Source: an uncultured bacterium | Lineage (GTDB): Bacteria; Patescibacteriota; Minisyncoccia; UBA6257; 2-01-FULL-56-20 | Direction of reading: 5' to 3' | NCBI GenBank assembly: GCA_963844965.1 | Contig: CAWJQC010000007.1 | Coordinates: 267,719 to 331,718 of the forward strand | DNA length: 64,000 nt | In this document: positions 26,001 to 36,433 of the stretch, piece after piece | Position numbering within the stretch: position 1 is the first letter of the stretch | How the letters are laid out: every line of letters begins with the position of its first letter | Notes under the pieces: generated by a model | Told to the model about the DNA's origin: nothing | Database searches by the model: none | The model's input: only the letters and a program-made list of their open reading frames with translations | Made by a program: the position numbers and the translations under genes

Positions 26001-27319
26001 ATGGCAAACTCTGCGAATCACAACGGAGAAAATTATAAAAAAAAGTTTTTATTTGTGTCTTTGGAAAGTTTGAGCGGGGACCTGGCGTGGAACGTTTTGA
26101 AAGAAGGAAACCAGGTCAAAATTTATATAGAGAGAAAAGAGGATGTTGACGTCTACAATGGTTTTCTGGAAAAAGTTGACGACTGGAAGAAATTCGTTGA
26201 CTGGGCGGACGTGGTCGTTTTTGACGATGTTGAGTTCGGCGGGTTCGCCGACAAGCTGAGGCAAAAAGGTAAGCTGGTCATCGGCGGCTCGGAATACACC
26301 GACCGTCTTGAGATTGATAGGGAGTTCGGGCAGACGGAACTCAAAAAATACGGAGTGAGCACCCTGCCGAGCTGGCAATTTTCCGATTACGACGAGGCGA
26401 TAAAATTCATACGCCAGAATCGCGACAGGTACGTTTTCAAACCGAGCGGAAATACGCCGAGCGACGGGAAAGGTTTGCTTTTTCTCGGGCAGGACGAGGA
26501 CGGCCACGACATGATAGAACTTCTGGAGGGGAACAAGGACGTCTGGAAAAAGAAAGCGCCAGTGTTCCTTCTGCAGAAATTCATTTCTGGAGTTGAAGTC
26601 GCGGTCGGCGCGTTCTTCAACGGCTCGGATTTTATCTATCCGATAAATATCAATTTTGAACACAAGCGGGTTTTTCCCGGGAACATCGGTCCCTTTGCCG
26701 GCGAGATGGGAACTTTAATGTTCTGGGATTCGCCGAACGTGCTTTTCCACGAGACGCTTGAAAAATTATTGCCGGCTCTAAAGGAATCAAAGTACGTGGG
26801 GTATGCGGATATCAATTGCATCGTGAACGGCCGCGGCATTTATCCTTTGGAATGGACGTGCCGTTTCGGTACCCGACGATCCAGATACAGTCGGAGGGGA
26901 TCTTAATGCCGGCGAGCGAGTGGTTGTGGCGCCTCACGAAGGGCGAGAATTTTGAACTTAAAACGAAGCGAGGTTTTCAGGTGGGAATGAGAATTCTCGT
27001 GCCCACGTATCTCACACGCGACAACGATCCGGAAGTTGAGGTCTACAGGGACCTCGCCGTGGCTTTCAAAAACCCGGAAAATCGCGAAGGCATTCATATT
27101 GAGGACATAAAGAACGACAAAGGAGTGTGGCGTATCGCCGGAACGAGCGGCTGCGTGCTTGTAGTGACCGGAACCGGGACAACCGTGGAAGAAGCGAGAA
27201 GGGTTATGTACAACAGAGCGAAGAATATAATGATACCCGGTATGTTTTACAGGACAGATATCGGTTTAAGCTGGGGCTCGGACAGCGATAAACTTCAAAC
27301 CTGGAGGTATTTGGATTGA
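26001..27319 (+). CDS. PurD-like ATP-grasp protein (frameshift near 26870), immediately upstream of mraZ
   Basis: ORF 26001..26906: …FEHKRVFPGNIGPFAGEMGTLMFWDSP… matches PurD DHKR..GD.GPNTGGMGAY. ORF 26816..27319 in another frame gives RFGYPTIQ… and GIHIEDIKNDKGVWRIAGTSGCVLVVTGTGTTVEEARRVMYNRAKNIMIPGMFYRTDIG, a PurD-like C-domain. The N-terminal ~150 aa is atypical. Confidence 0.55.
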
Positions 27320-27526
27320 TAAAAGCTTGATAGTTGATAATCTGTGGATATCTGACGGCCTCGCTTGATGATTTGTCTTGTAAAATAAGGATTCTTTCGC
27401 CGCTTCGGCGGCGATTTTTTGTTTTTGACACGCTTCGGCGGTGGTGTATCGTTAAATGAAAGTGGTGAATTGTGGATAAAGCTGGGGATAAATGCCACTT
27501 TCTGTGCAGAACTTTCCTTCAAACCA

Positions 27527-27958
27527 ATGCTACTCGGCGAATATCAACACAATTTGGATTCCAAAGGTCGGGTGGCAGTTCCGGCCAAATTCAAAGAAAA
27601 ACTTGCGGCCGGCGCCATCATTACGCGCGGGTTGGATAACTGCCTGTTTGTTTTCGCGTCCAAGGAGTGGGATGTCTTGGCGCAGAAATTGGTGGCTTTG
27701 CCTCTCGCTCAGGCGAATTCGCGGGCGTTCGTGCGGCTGATGCTCGCGGGCGCGATGGACGCGACGCTGGACAATCAGGGCCGCATATTGATCCCGGATT
27801 ACTTGCGGAAGTACGCCGACCTTAAGAAGCAGGTGATAATCGCGGGTTTATACAACCGCGTGGAGGTTTGGGACGCCGAGAAGTGGAGCGAGTATAAGAA
27901 GAAAACGGAGGGAGCGTCCGAGGAAATAGCGGAAAAGCTGGGTGAGCTCGGTATATAA
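27527..27958 (+). CDS. mraZ: transcriptional regulator MraZ
   Basis: MLLGEYQHNLDSKGRVAVPAKF… and a second SpoVT/AbrB-like half (…LDNQGRILIPDYLRKYADL…). Start taken at the internal Met of ORF 27419..27958. Confidence 0.85.
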   Translation: MLLGEYQHNLDSKGRVAVPAKFKEKLAAGAIITRGLDNCLFVFASKEWDVLAQKLVALPLAQANSRAFVRLMLAGAMDATLDNQGRILIPDYLRKYADLKKQVIIAGLYNRVEVWDAEKWSEYKKKTEGASEEIAEKLGELGI

Positions 27959-27960
27959 AT

Positions 27961-28054
27961 TTCTAATTCCTAATTATTCTAATTGACCTAAGGAATGACC
28001 AATGAATAAATTTTTGAAAATTGGGAGTTTTTTAGAAATTAGAAATTAGATCAA
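27961..28054. promoter_or_regulatory. mraZ-rsmH intergenic inverted array of octamer repeats (3x TTCTAATT ... 4x AATTAGAA)
   Basis: ttctaattcctaattattctaattgacc…tagaaattagaaattagatcaattagaaattc, ending 10 nt before the rsmH ATG. Confidence 0.45.
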
Positions 28055-28064
28055 TTAGAAATTC

Positions 28065-28973
28065 ATGCACCACCATCCGGTTCTTTTAAAAGAAATCATA
28101 AAATTTTTAGATCCGAAACCCGGCGAATTCATTGTTGACGGCACGGTTGACGGAGGAGGACACGGCGCCGAAATTTTTGAAAAGATTTTACCGAATGGAA
28201 GACTTTTGGGCGTAGACCTGGATGCCGATCTCCTGGAAAAAGCTTCGCGGGCAGTTTCCGCGAAAGTCAAAAGCCGGAAATCAAATATCAACAGCAATTT
28301 GATTTTGGTTCGGGGCAACTACGCCGACCTACCGGATATTTTGGAAGAAAAAAAGTTGCCGAAGGCCGACGGTTTGCTTCTGGATCTGGGATTTTCCTCC
28401 GAACAATTGGAGAACGCCGAAAAAAGGGGATTCAGCTTTGAAAAAAATGAGCCGCTTTTGATGACCTACAGCGCCGGGCGGAAGCCCGTCAAAGAAATTC
28501 TCACGGAACTTGACGCCAAGGAGCTTGCGAAAATCATCTTTGAACTGAGCGGTGAGAAGTTCGCGATGCGGATAGCGCGGGCGATAAAAGAACGGGGGCG
28601 GACGAGAGCAGTAGAGACAAGCGGTGAGCTCGCGGAAGCGGTCCGGGGCGCGGTGCCCAAAAATTATGAGCGCGGCCGCATTGATCCCGCGACGAGAACT
28701 TTTCAGGCGCTGCGGATTTACGCGAACGACGAACTAGGGAATCTTAAAAAAGTTTTGGACAGATTGGGAGAAATTCTGGAACCGGGCGGGAGAGTGGTGA
28801 TTATAAGTTTCCATTCGCTTGAGGATCGAATAGTGAAGGATAATTTTCGGAAGCTGGAGGAATCCGGAGAACTCCGGATTTTGACGAAGAAGCCGGTTCG
28901 CCCCGCGGAAGAGGAAATTTTGAAAAATCCGCGCAGCCGCTCAGCTAAACTGCGCGCCGCTATCATGGAGTAA
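28065..28973 (+). CDS. rsmH: 16S rRNA (cytosine1402-N4)-methyltransferase RsmH (MraW)
   Basis: HHPVLLKEII…DGTVDGGGHG…DLGFSSEQL…SFHSLEDRIVK, the conserved MraW motifs. It sits in the dcw cluster. Confidence 0.9.
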   Translation: MHHHPVLLKEIIKFLDPKPGEFIVDGTVDGGGHGAEIFEKILPNGRLLGVDLDADLLEKASRAVSAKVKSRKSNINSNLILVRGNYADLPDILEEKKLPKADGLLLDLGFSSEQLENAEKRGFSFEKNEPLLMTYSAGRKPVKEILTELDAKELAKIIFELSGEKFAMRIARAIKERGRTRAVETSGELAEAVRGAVPKNYERGRIDPATRTFQALRIYANDELGNLKKVLDRLGEILEPGGRVVIISFHSLEDRIVKDNFRKLEESGELRILTKKPVRPAEEEILKNPRSRSAKLRAAIME

Positions 28974-29048
28974 TCGCGAATAACGCGAATGATAGCAAAT
29001 AACGCGAATAAAATTCGCATTATTCAATAAAAATTAGCATTATTCGCG
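28967..29048. repeat. ~85-bp repeat family copy 2 (GCGAATAATGC sub-repeat array), rsmH-ftsL intergenic
   Basis: See copy 1 at 23890..23971. It begins at the rsmH stop codon. Confidence 0.6.
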
Positions 29049-29057
29049 AATACTCTA

Positions 29058-29393
29058 ATGACCTTTATCCAACCAAACAAAAACAGCGGCATTTTAAATA
29101 AAATTTTGGCTGTCCTTGTGATCTGCTCGGTTTTTAGTGGCGCGGCGCTAGTTGTGTTGTATAATAGGATAGTCAATTTTGACCACGGCCTTGATAAGGC
29201 GAAAGCCGAGCTGGCTAGCCTGCAATCGCAGAACGCCGACGCTAAAGATAAAATCTTTGAATTGCTTGATACCGACAAGGATTCGGCGGCATTGAAGGAT
29301 TACGGTCTGGTTGAAGATAAAAATCCGCAATATTTAGAAATTTCCTCCAAAGACGAGAATTCACAACAATGGTCATACGCTTCTGGACGTTGA
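29058..29393 (+). CDS. FtsL-like cell division membrane protein
   Basis: 111 aa, single TM (ILAVLVICSVFSGAALVVLY) then a coiled coil. Position between rsmH and ftsI is conserved for ftsL. Confidence 0.45.
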   Translation: MTFIQPNKNSGILNKILAVLVICSVFSGAALVVLYNRIVNFDHGLDKAKAELASLQSQNADAKDKIFELLDTDKDSAALKDYGLVEDKNPQYLEISSKDENSQQWSYASGR

Positions 29394-31004
29394 TTTTGGG
29401 CTTAACCGCGGCCTATTCTTTGCTTTTATTTCGTCTTTACGATCTGCAAGTAGTTAAGGGCGATTATTATCATGCGCGCTCCGAATCGCAATATGTCGCC
29501 CAGGATGCCGCCTCCTCGAACCGAGGCGTTATTTATTTTACGGACAAAAATAACAGCGAAATTCCGGCAACCCTGAACAAGGATTTCCCGATCATATACG
29601 CGGTGCCTAAGGATGTTGAAGATCCATCGGAGGCCGCGAACACTCTTGCCGGGATCCTGAATAAGCCGGTAAGCGATCTCGCCGCGACTCTGTCCAAAAC
29701 CAATGATTCTTACGAAGTTTTACTAAGGAAGGCGGATGCCGACACGGCAAAAGCCGTGGACGATTTGAAAATTAATGGGATTTACGTTGATACTGAAGTC
29801 AGGCGCTATTATCCGTTTAACGACATGGCGTCGCAGGTTTTGGGCTACGTCGGGCCGAAGAGCGACGGTTCGGGGAATAAGGGCTACTATGGCGTGGAAG
29901 GATTTTATGATTCCGAACTCGCGGGCGGGGACGCCGTTGAGGTTGACGGCGCGAGTGGACCTAAATCCGGCGCCGATATCACCCTTACGATTGATCCGAA
30001 CATACAGAGTGAAGCGGAAAAAATTTTAGAGAATTTACTTTCAACTTATAACGCGAGCGGCGGCAGTTTTGTTGTTGAAGATCCGCAAACTGGGAAAATT
30101 TTAGCGATGGGCGGCCTTCCCGATTTTGACCCGAACAACTACGGCAGTGCTCCGATGGCCGATTTTCTGAATCCAACGGTGCAACAGATCTACGAACCAG
30201 GTCTCTGTTTTCAAGGTCATTACGATGGCGACTGGTATTGATTCCGGGAAGATTACTCCGGACACGACTTACTTTGACACGGGCAGCGTTACCCTGAACG
30301 GCAGGACGATACAGAATTACGACCTGAAAACTCATGGTCCTTACGGCAAAGCGACGATGACGAACGTGATAGAGCACTCTATAAACACCGGCGCGGTTTT
30401 CGCGGAGAGGCAAATTGGCAGGGATATTTTTACCGAGTATCTGAACAATTTCGGTTTTGCCGAAAAGACGGGCATAGATTTACCGGGGGAACTAAAGGGA
30501 GATTTAAGGCAACTGTCTCCACAGGCGCGGGATATTGCTTTCGCGACGGCTTCCTATGGCCAAGGAGTAGCCGTGACGCCCATTGAACTCGTGAATGCGT
30601 TCGCGGCCGTCGCGAACGGCGGCAATCTGATGAGGCCATACGTGAACGCCGCCCTGGAACCAAAAGTTATAAGGCGCATAATAACCGAGAGTACTGCGCA
30701 AGCCGTGACCGGAATGATGATTTCCGCGGTGGACAAAGCCGGCATCGCCAGTATCGCGAACTATTCTGTCGCCGGAAAAACGGGTAGTGCCTACATTCCG
30801 GATTTCAAGAATGGCGGCTACACAAATAAACTTATTGACAGCTACGCCGGCTTCGGGCCCACGAGCAACCCGAGGTTCGTTATACTCTTTAAGGTGGATG
30901 ATCTGGACGAATCTCAGCTTGCGGCCACCATCATTGTTCCGGCTTTCCGCGAGATGGCGCAATTTATGTTGAATTACTACAACATAGCGCCGGACAGATT
31001 ATGA
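29369..31004 (+). CDS. ftsI: peptidoglycan D,D-transpeptidase FtsI / PBP (1-nt insertion near 30203 splits the gene at the SXXK active-site region)
   Basis: ORF 29369..30241: TM, PBP dimerisation domain, RRYYPFNDMASQVLGYVG, …IYEPG then garbled. ORF 30225..31004: MATGIDSGKITPD…HSINTG (SxN)…AGKTGSA (KTG). Removing the c in ggtCtctg restores EPGSVFKVITMATGID. Confidence 0.8.
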
Positions 31005-31048
31005 AATGAAGTGGACATTTTGATATTTAAATTTTACATTTAAATCAT

Positions 31049-32336
31049 ATGTCGGATACGAGCTTGCAAACATTGCGCTGGCTTCTGAAAAAATTGGCGC
31101 AACTTACGATTTGGCGCTACCAGCCGGGCGTCATCGGTATTACCGGAAGCGTCGGCAAGACGTCCACGAAACTTGCTCTTAGGGCGGTGCTGGAAAAAGA
31201 GCGGCGCATGCGGGCGTCTTCGGGCAACTTGAACAACGACCTTGGTTTGCCGCTCGCCGTTTTGGGCGGCTGGAGCCAGTCGGACTTGAGGCTGGTGAGC
31301 CGCGAACAGCCGCCACACACGGCGCGCGTCAGTAAGGCGTTTTTTTGGCTGAAGGTTGTTTTGGTTTCGGTTTGGCGGCTGGTTTTCGTGAACAGAAGAA
31401 GCTATCCCGAAATCCTGGTCTTGGAGTACGGTGCCGACCGGCCGGGAGATCTGAAACAGCTTCTTGAGATAGCGCGTCCGAACATAAGCATTATCACCGC
31501 TATCGGCGAGACACCGGTACACGTGGAATTTTTTGCCGGACCGGAAGAGGTCGCGCGGGAAAAAGCGCGGCTGATAGAATGCTTGCCGGTGGCCGGCTTC
31601 GCTGTTCTCAATTATGATGACGAAACGGTTATGGAGTTGAAGGACAGGACGCGCGCGCATATCGCGACATTCGGTTTCGCGAGAGGAGCCGGAGTGCAGG
31701 TCACGCGGTTTGAGAACCGTTCCGAGGGCGGGCGGCCCCTTGGCATCTCTTTCAAACTTGAATATGGAGGAAATTTCGTTCCGGTGAGGATTGACGGCGT
31801 TTTCGGCAAATCGCAGGCCTATGCGGCCGCAGCCGCCGCTTCCATCGGTTTGATTTTCGGCATGAATCTCGTTAAAATTTCCGAAGCACTCAGGGACTAC
31901 AAGCCGGCCGATTCGCGCATGCAGCTTCTCCCAGGCGTTAAGTACGCCTACATTATTGATGACGCTTACAACGCGAGCCCGCTCTCCATGCACGCCGCGC
32001 TTGATGTTCTCCGCGGTCTGCCGGCAAAAAGGAAAATAGCGGTTCTCGGCGACATGCTGGATATTCGGCAAGTACGCTATTGAAGCACATGAGCGGGTGG
32101 GGCGTCTCGTCGCCGGATTCGCGGATATTTTGGTGACCGTGGGACCGAGGGCGAAGTTCATAGCCGAAGCCGCGCGCGAGGCAGGCATGCGCAAGAACAA
32201 TATTTATTCGTTTGACACGGCTGACGAAGCTACGAAGCCAGTTCAGGATTTTATAAGAAAAGGGGATTTGATTTTGGTGAAAGGCTCGCACGCGATGGAG
32301 CTTGAAAAGGTAGTGGAGGAGATTAAGGCCTTCTAG
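31049..32336 (+). CDS. murF: UDP-N-acetylmuramoyl-tripeptide--D-alanyl-D-alanine ligase MurF (1-nt insertion near 32062)
   Basis: GITGSVGKTSTK (Mur ligase P-loop), NLNNDLGLPLAVL, DDAYNASPLSM. Deleting one a in gatatt restores LGDMLDFGKYAIEAHERVGRLVAGFADILVTVG… in frame with ORF 32097..32336. Confidence 0.8.
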
Positions 32337-32438
32337 GTAGTGTAAAGTTTAAAAATCAAAATTTAAAATGACAATGTAAAATTTAAAAATTTAACTGCAA
32401 TTTTACATTTTGATATTTGCATTTTAAATTTTTGCGAT

Positions 32439-32510
32439 GGCGCATTCGTCTAGTGGCCAGGACAGGTGGTTCTCATCCACCAAACAGGGGTTCGATTCCC
32501 CTATGCGCTA
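32439..32510 (+). tRNA. tRNA-Glu (anticodon CUC)
   Basis: Acceptor GGCGCAT/ATGCGCT, D arm TTCGTCTAGTGGCCAGGACA nearly identical to E. coli tRNA-Glu, anticodon stem GGTGG/CCACC with loop TTCTCAT, T arm AGGGG-TTCGATT-CCCCT. An AT-rich palindrome sits upstream (32337-32438). Confidence 0.8.
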
Positions 32511-32641
32511 CATTCAGCTTTCGTTATCGAGGAGACGCGGTTGCGTCCATTTGTGCTACATTTTCCAAAGATGTTGGCAAGTAAATTAGAAGAGAGTAGG
32601 CTATATTGCGGATAGTAAAATAGCTGTTTCGATACAAAAGC

Positions 32642-34782
32642 ATGCTAGAAAAGATAACCTCAATCAAAAATGTGGGTCGGTTCCGCAACAGTCCTGCTAC
32701 TGGTGACGTGACTTTCCGTCGCCACACAATGATATTCGCCGAGAACGGGAGGGGTAAAACAACTCTTTGTGCCATCCTACGCTCGCTGTCCACCAACACA
32801 CCCGCCTTCATCATCGGGCGCAAGACGTATCGGCGGCAACGGTCAGCCGGAAGTCCAACTACTTCTCAACGGCGACTCCGTAACATTTCATGATGGAGTT
32901 GGAGTGCTCCGTTCCCGAACGTGGCGATCTTTGATGGGACCTACGTCAGCGAAAATGTGTTTGCGGGTGACGTGGTTGATACCGAAAACCGACGTAACCT
33001 TTACCGCGTTATTATTGGTGCTCAAGGCGTGGCTCATGCTGGCCGACTCAATGATCTCGATAACCAGATCAGGACTAAAAATAATGAAATCAGGGATGTC
33101 AGAGCGCGGATGCAACCTCATATGCCGCCAGGTACAACAGTTGAAGATTTCATCGCCTTACCCGAAGATGCGACAATCAGTGAGAAGATTTTGGCGAAAG
33201 AACAGGAACTTCAAGCGGTACAACGTGCTGCTCAGTTACAGCAAAAACAGGGTCTAACAGCAGCTGCGGTACCGACCTTTCCCGCATCATTTGCTGAGAC
33301 TCTTGGCAAAACTCTTGAGAATCTTGGGGCAGGCGCCGAGAAGCTTGTCGCCGATCACATTTCACAGCATCAAATGCGAACGCATGGGGAGACTTGGCTG
33401 AGGGATGGCCTCCCTTTTGTGGTCGATGAGTCATGTCCATTCTGCGGGCAATCGCTTGTAGGCGTCGATTTGATTCAGGTATACAAAACTTTTTTCAGCA
33501 ATGAGTACCACGCGCTGCGTAGTGAAGTGATGAAACTAAGTGCGCAGGTTGAGGGTGTGCTCGCGGAGCGTGTATCTGCGGCAATTGAACAAACGCTTTT
33601 ACAGAACAGCAACAACGCCGAGTTCTGGCAACAATATTGTGATTTCGTGCCGCCCGTTCTGCCGGGAGCGGAAAGGCTTGGAGAAATTATCACCGCGCTC
33701 CGGCAATCCGCTCAGTCTCTTTTACAAATAAAGTCGGGGGCACCGCTTGACGCAGTGCCACCGGACGAGGGATTCACTAAATCACTTGTCGCATTCGAGG
33801 CCTTACGCACCTCCCTAGCCAACTATAATGCCGCAGTCGCCGCAGTAAACGTCACAATTGAAGCCAGAAAGCGTGCTACGCAGGCAACGAATGTGCGCGA
33901 AGTTGAAAATGCGGTCGCCAAACTGAAGGGGCAAAAGAATCGCTATACAGTGGGCGTGCAGGAACTTTGCGCGACCGAGACGCGTCTACAGGGTGAAAAG
34001 AAAATTCTCGAAAACGAAAAAGCGCTGGTGCGAGGTCAACTGGACACTCATACGGGACAGGTAATCACCCAATATGGCCAAATCATCAACCGTTTTCTGG
34101 AGCGGATAAATGCGGGATTCAGAATCACTGTGCCATCACACAACTACCGTGGAGGAACGCCGAGTACGAGCTACCAGATTCTTATCAATCAAAATGCGAT
34201 TGATTCTTGGAGACGCAGCGACGCCGACAGACAGACCGAGCTTCAAGAACACTTTGAGTGCTGGCGACAAAAGCACATTGGCTCTCGCATTTTTTCTGGC
34301 ACAACTTGAGCAGGATTCGGATCGTGCTCAAAAAATAGTCGTTTTCGACGATCCTTTCAGCAGTATGGATAGTTTTCGAAGAAATCATACGATCCATCAG
34401 ATATCCAAATGCGGGGAAACATGCGTTCAAGTAGTCCTTCTTTCGCACGAACCATCATTTCTAAAATTGCTGTGGATCGTGGGCACCGGCAGACCGGAAA
34501 ACGCTCCAGCTGGCACGTGTAGGAGAAGAGAACACCGTCATCATTGAATGGGATATCGAGAAAGCGGTCCAGGCACGTTATCGGGCCGATATAGAAGCGT
34601 TGCAAGGATTTTTTTCATTGGGCAAAGGCGATCAGCGGGAGGTGATTCAGAAGCTACGACTGGTGCTTGAGGCGTATTGCCGAACACTCTATCCAACGCT
34701 CATCGGTGAGGATACATTAGGTGTCATTGTAGAAAATCGGCCACGGCAGCTACACAATTCCCCTCCATCTATCGCGGGATGA
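32642..34782 (+). pseudogene. AAA_13-family (ABC/SMC-like, PrrC/RloC-type) ATPase, ~710 aa reading broken by at least 4 frameshifts
   Basis: Walker A FAENGRGKTTLCAILRSL, then (other frames) GGNGQPEVQLLLNGDSVTFHDGVGVL and VAIFDGTYVSENV. Long coiled-coil middle; ABC signature LSAGDKSTLALAFFLAQL; Walker B KIVVFDDPFSSMD; C-terminal ~150 aa continues through ORF 34600..34782. Pseudogene versus indel errors is unresolved. Confidence 0.55.
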
Positions 34783-34789
34783 TCCTCCA

Positions 34790-36239
34790 ATCAATATATT
34801 TATTGCCGTCGCTGTATCATGGTGAAAGCCCCGCTGCTGCGACCGATATATCGACGATGCAGAGCTCCAAGGATATGTCGCACGCACTCTGAAACTCGTT
34901 GGATGTCTTTAGCGCAAACTCCTATTGATAGCATCATACAAAAACTTGCCGGATTATCCGTTCCGAAGCTAGTGAACTTTTATTCGGCCTTCAAGCTTAT
35001 GACCTTATCTCTCACCACAAACTTGCTCTTGATGAGCGAGAGTAATTCTCGTTTCTCGGTGGGATTACCGTCATTTAGTACATATGCTGCGTATCATCTC
35101 GCGTCGAATTCGGCATCATCCTGCTTTATCGCTCTCACACCTAGGAATGATTTCTGGAATTTGGCGACGCGTTTTGTTTCCTCGATAAAACGCTGTTTGA
35201 TATCGGACTCGTTAATATCCAATTTGCCAATTAATCGATAAGCTGTTTAGTGAGCTCATCTTCGCGCATATATTTGTTCTAACAGAACGTATCTCGCGAC
35301 CGACAGCAACCGTAGTAGACGTACTTGGTCGTCGTACCGTCTTTAAGCTTCTTGAATTTCTCCTGTGCGCTAATGGTCGACCCGCAGAGGCCGCAGGTGA
35401 ATAGTTTCGTAAAGGCGAATTCCTTGACCTCAGCATTTCTGAAAAGACTATCTTGCTTTAGTTGTTCCTGGGTTGCTTCGAATATTTCTCTTGTGATGAG
35501 TGCCTGATGTTTCCCGGTGTACCAGTTACCGCTCCCTACGGGGTATTCGAATACACCGTAATAAAAGGTGTTTTGGAGCAGCCGATAAAGATTGCCCAGT
35601 GCCAGATGTTTGTTGCCTGAATTTGTTCGGAAATTAACTTCAAATTTGAGCCAATGAAATAGCTTCCTGCCGCTCCAGCCATTGGCCACCTTCTCAAACA
35701 TCTGTTTAACGACCGGGGCGCGTGCGGGGTCGATTATGACGCTACCTTTACGATCGACACGTTTCTCGGTCAGATATCCAGTAGGAGCCTGCGCGGGCCA
35801 CAGCCCCATTTCGCAGCGCATCCGCAGTCCTCGCTTCACGTTTACACTCTTATTGTCGTTTTCAAGCTTCGCCTGAGAGCATAGGATCATTAGCAAGAAC
35901 TTTTCGTTCGGTGAGTTGGCAAATCTTTGTCCGTAAGTTCGGATCTCATGAGTAACTTCTGATCCATGAGATCCACGAGGATCTGAGGTCGCCCGCGTTC
36001 CTACTTAACCGATCCGGTGCCCATGTGAGAATTCCTGTATATCGGCCGCTTCTAATATCCTTCAAAATTTCCAGAAACACCGACCGCTCGCCTGAGCTTT
36101 TTGCCGAGTGGGATTCCCGCCGGATGTCGACAATTTCCAATGCTTCGCGTTCGGCGATAAGAAGCATCTCCTTAATTTGCGAATCAATGGAGAGAATCTG
36201 TTTTTCTTCCGACTCAGTGCTCTTTCTCGCATAAAGCAC
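34790..36239 (-). pseudogene. decayed large serine recombinase (homolog of the intact copy at 45417..47345)
   Basis: ORF 35946..36239 is the resolvase catalytic N-terminus (MLYARKSTESEEKQILSIDSQ…ILTWAPDRLSRNAGDL). ORF 35279..35896 is the middle (…MILCSQAKLENDNKSVNVKRGLR…KYVYYGC). The C-terminus is recognisable only in shifted frames at 34790-35278. It is divergent from the intact copy and out of frame. Confidence 0.6.
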
Positions 36240-36433
36240 GTATTTGACCTTTACCTCGGGCGGGATTGTTGTAGGGTCCCGCTCCCTGCGCCCCCGTGGT
36301 TTGGGTGGTCATACCACAATGGATGACGCAACCTCGCCAGAGAGTCCAGACCCCCTGAAAGACCCCAAAAGCCCTACCTAAGGCGAGCGCTAAATCGCTA
36401 TAAAAATCGTCTAAATTAAGCTAAAATGGTGCT

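Noticed and set aside
32337-32438. AT-rich repeats (aaatttaaaa-type) before tRNA-Glu, and other heptamer arrays, considered as CRISPR-like
   Set aside because: Repeats are short (7-10 nt), inverted or palindromic, with no uniform spacers and no cas genes. Not CRISPR.
34819-35241. 140-aa plus-strand ORF
   Set aside because: Antisense to the decayed serine recombinase C-terminal region, with no motif.
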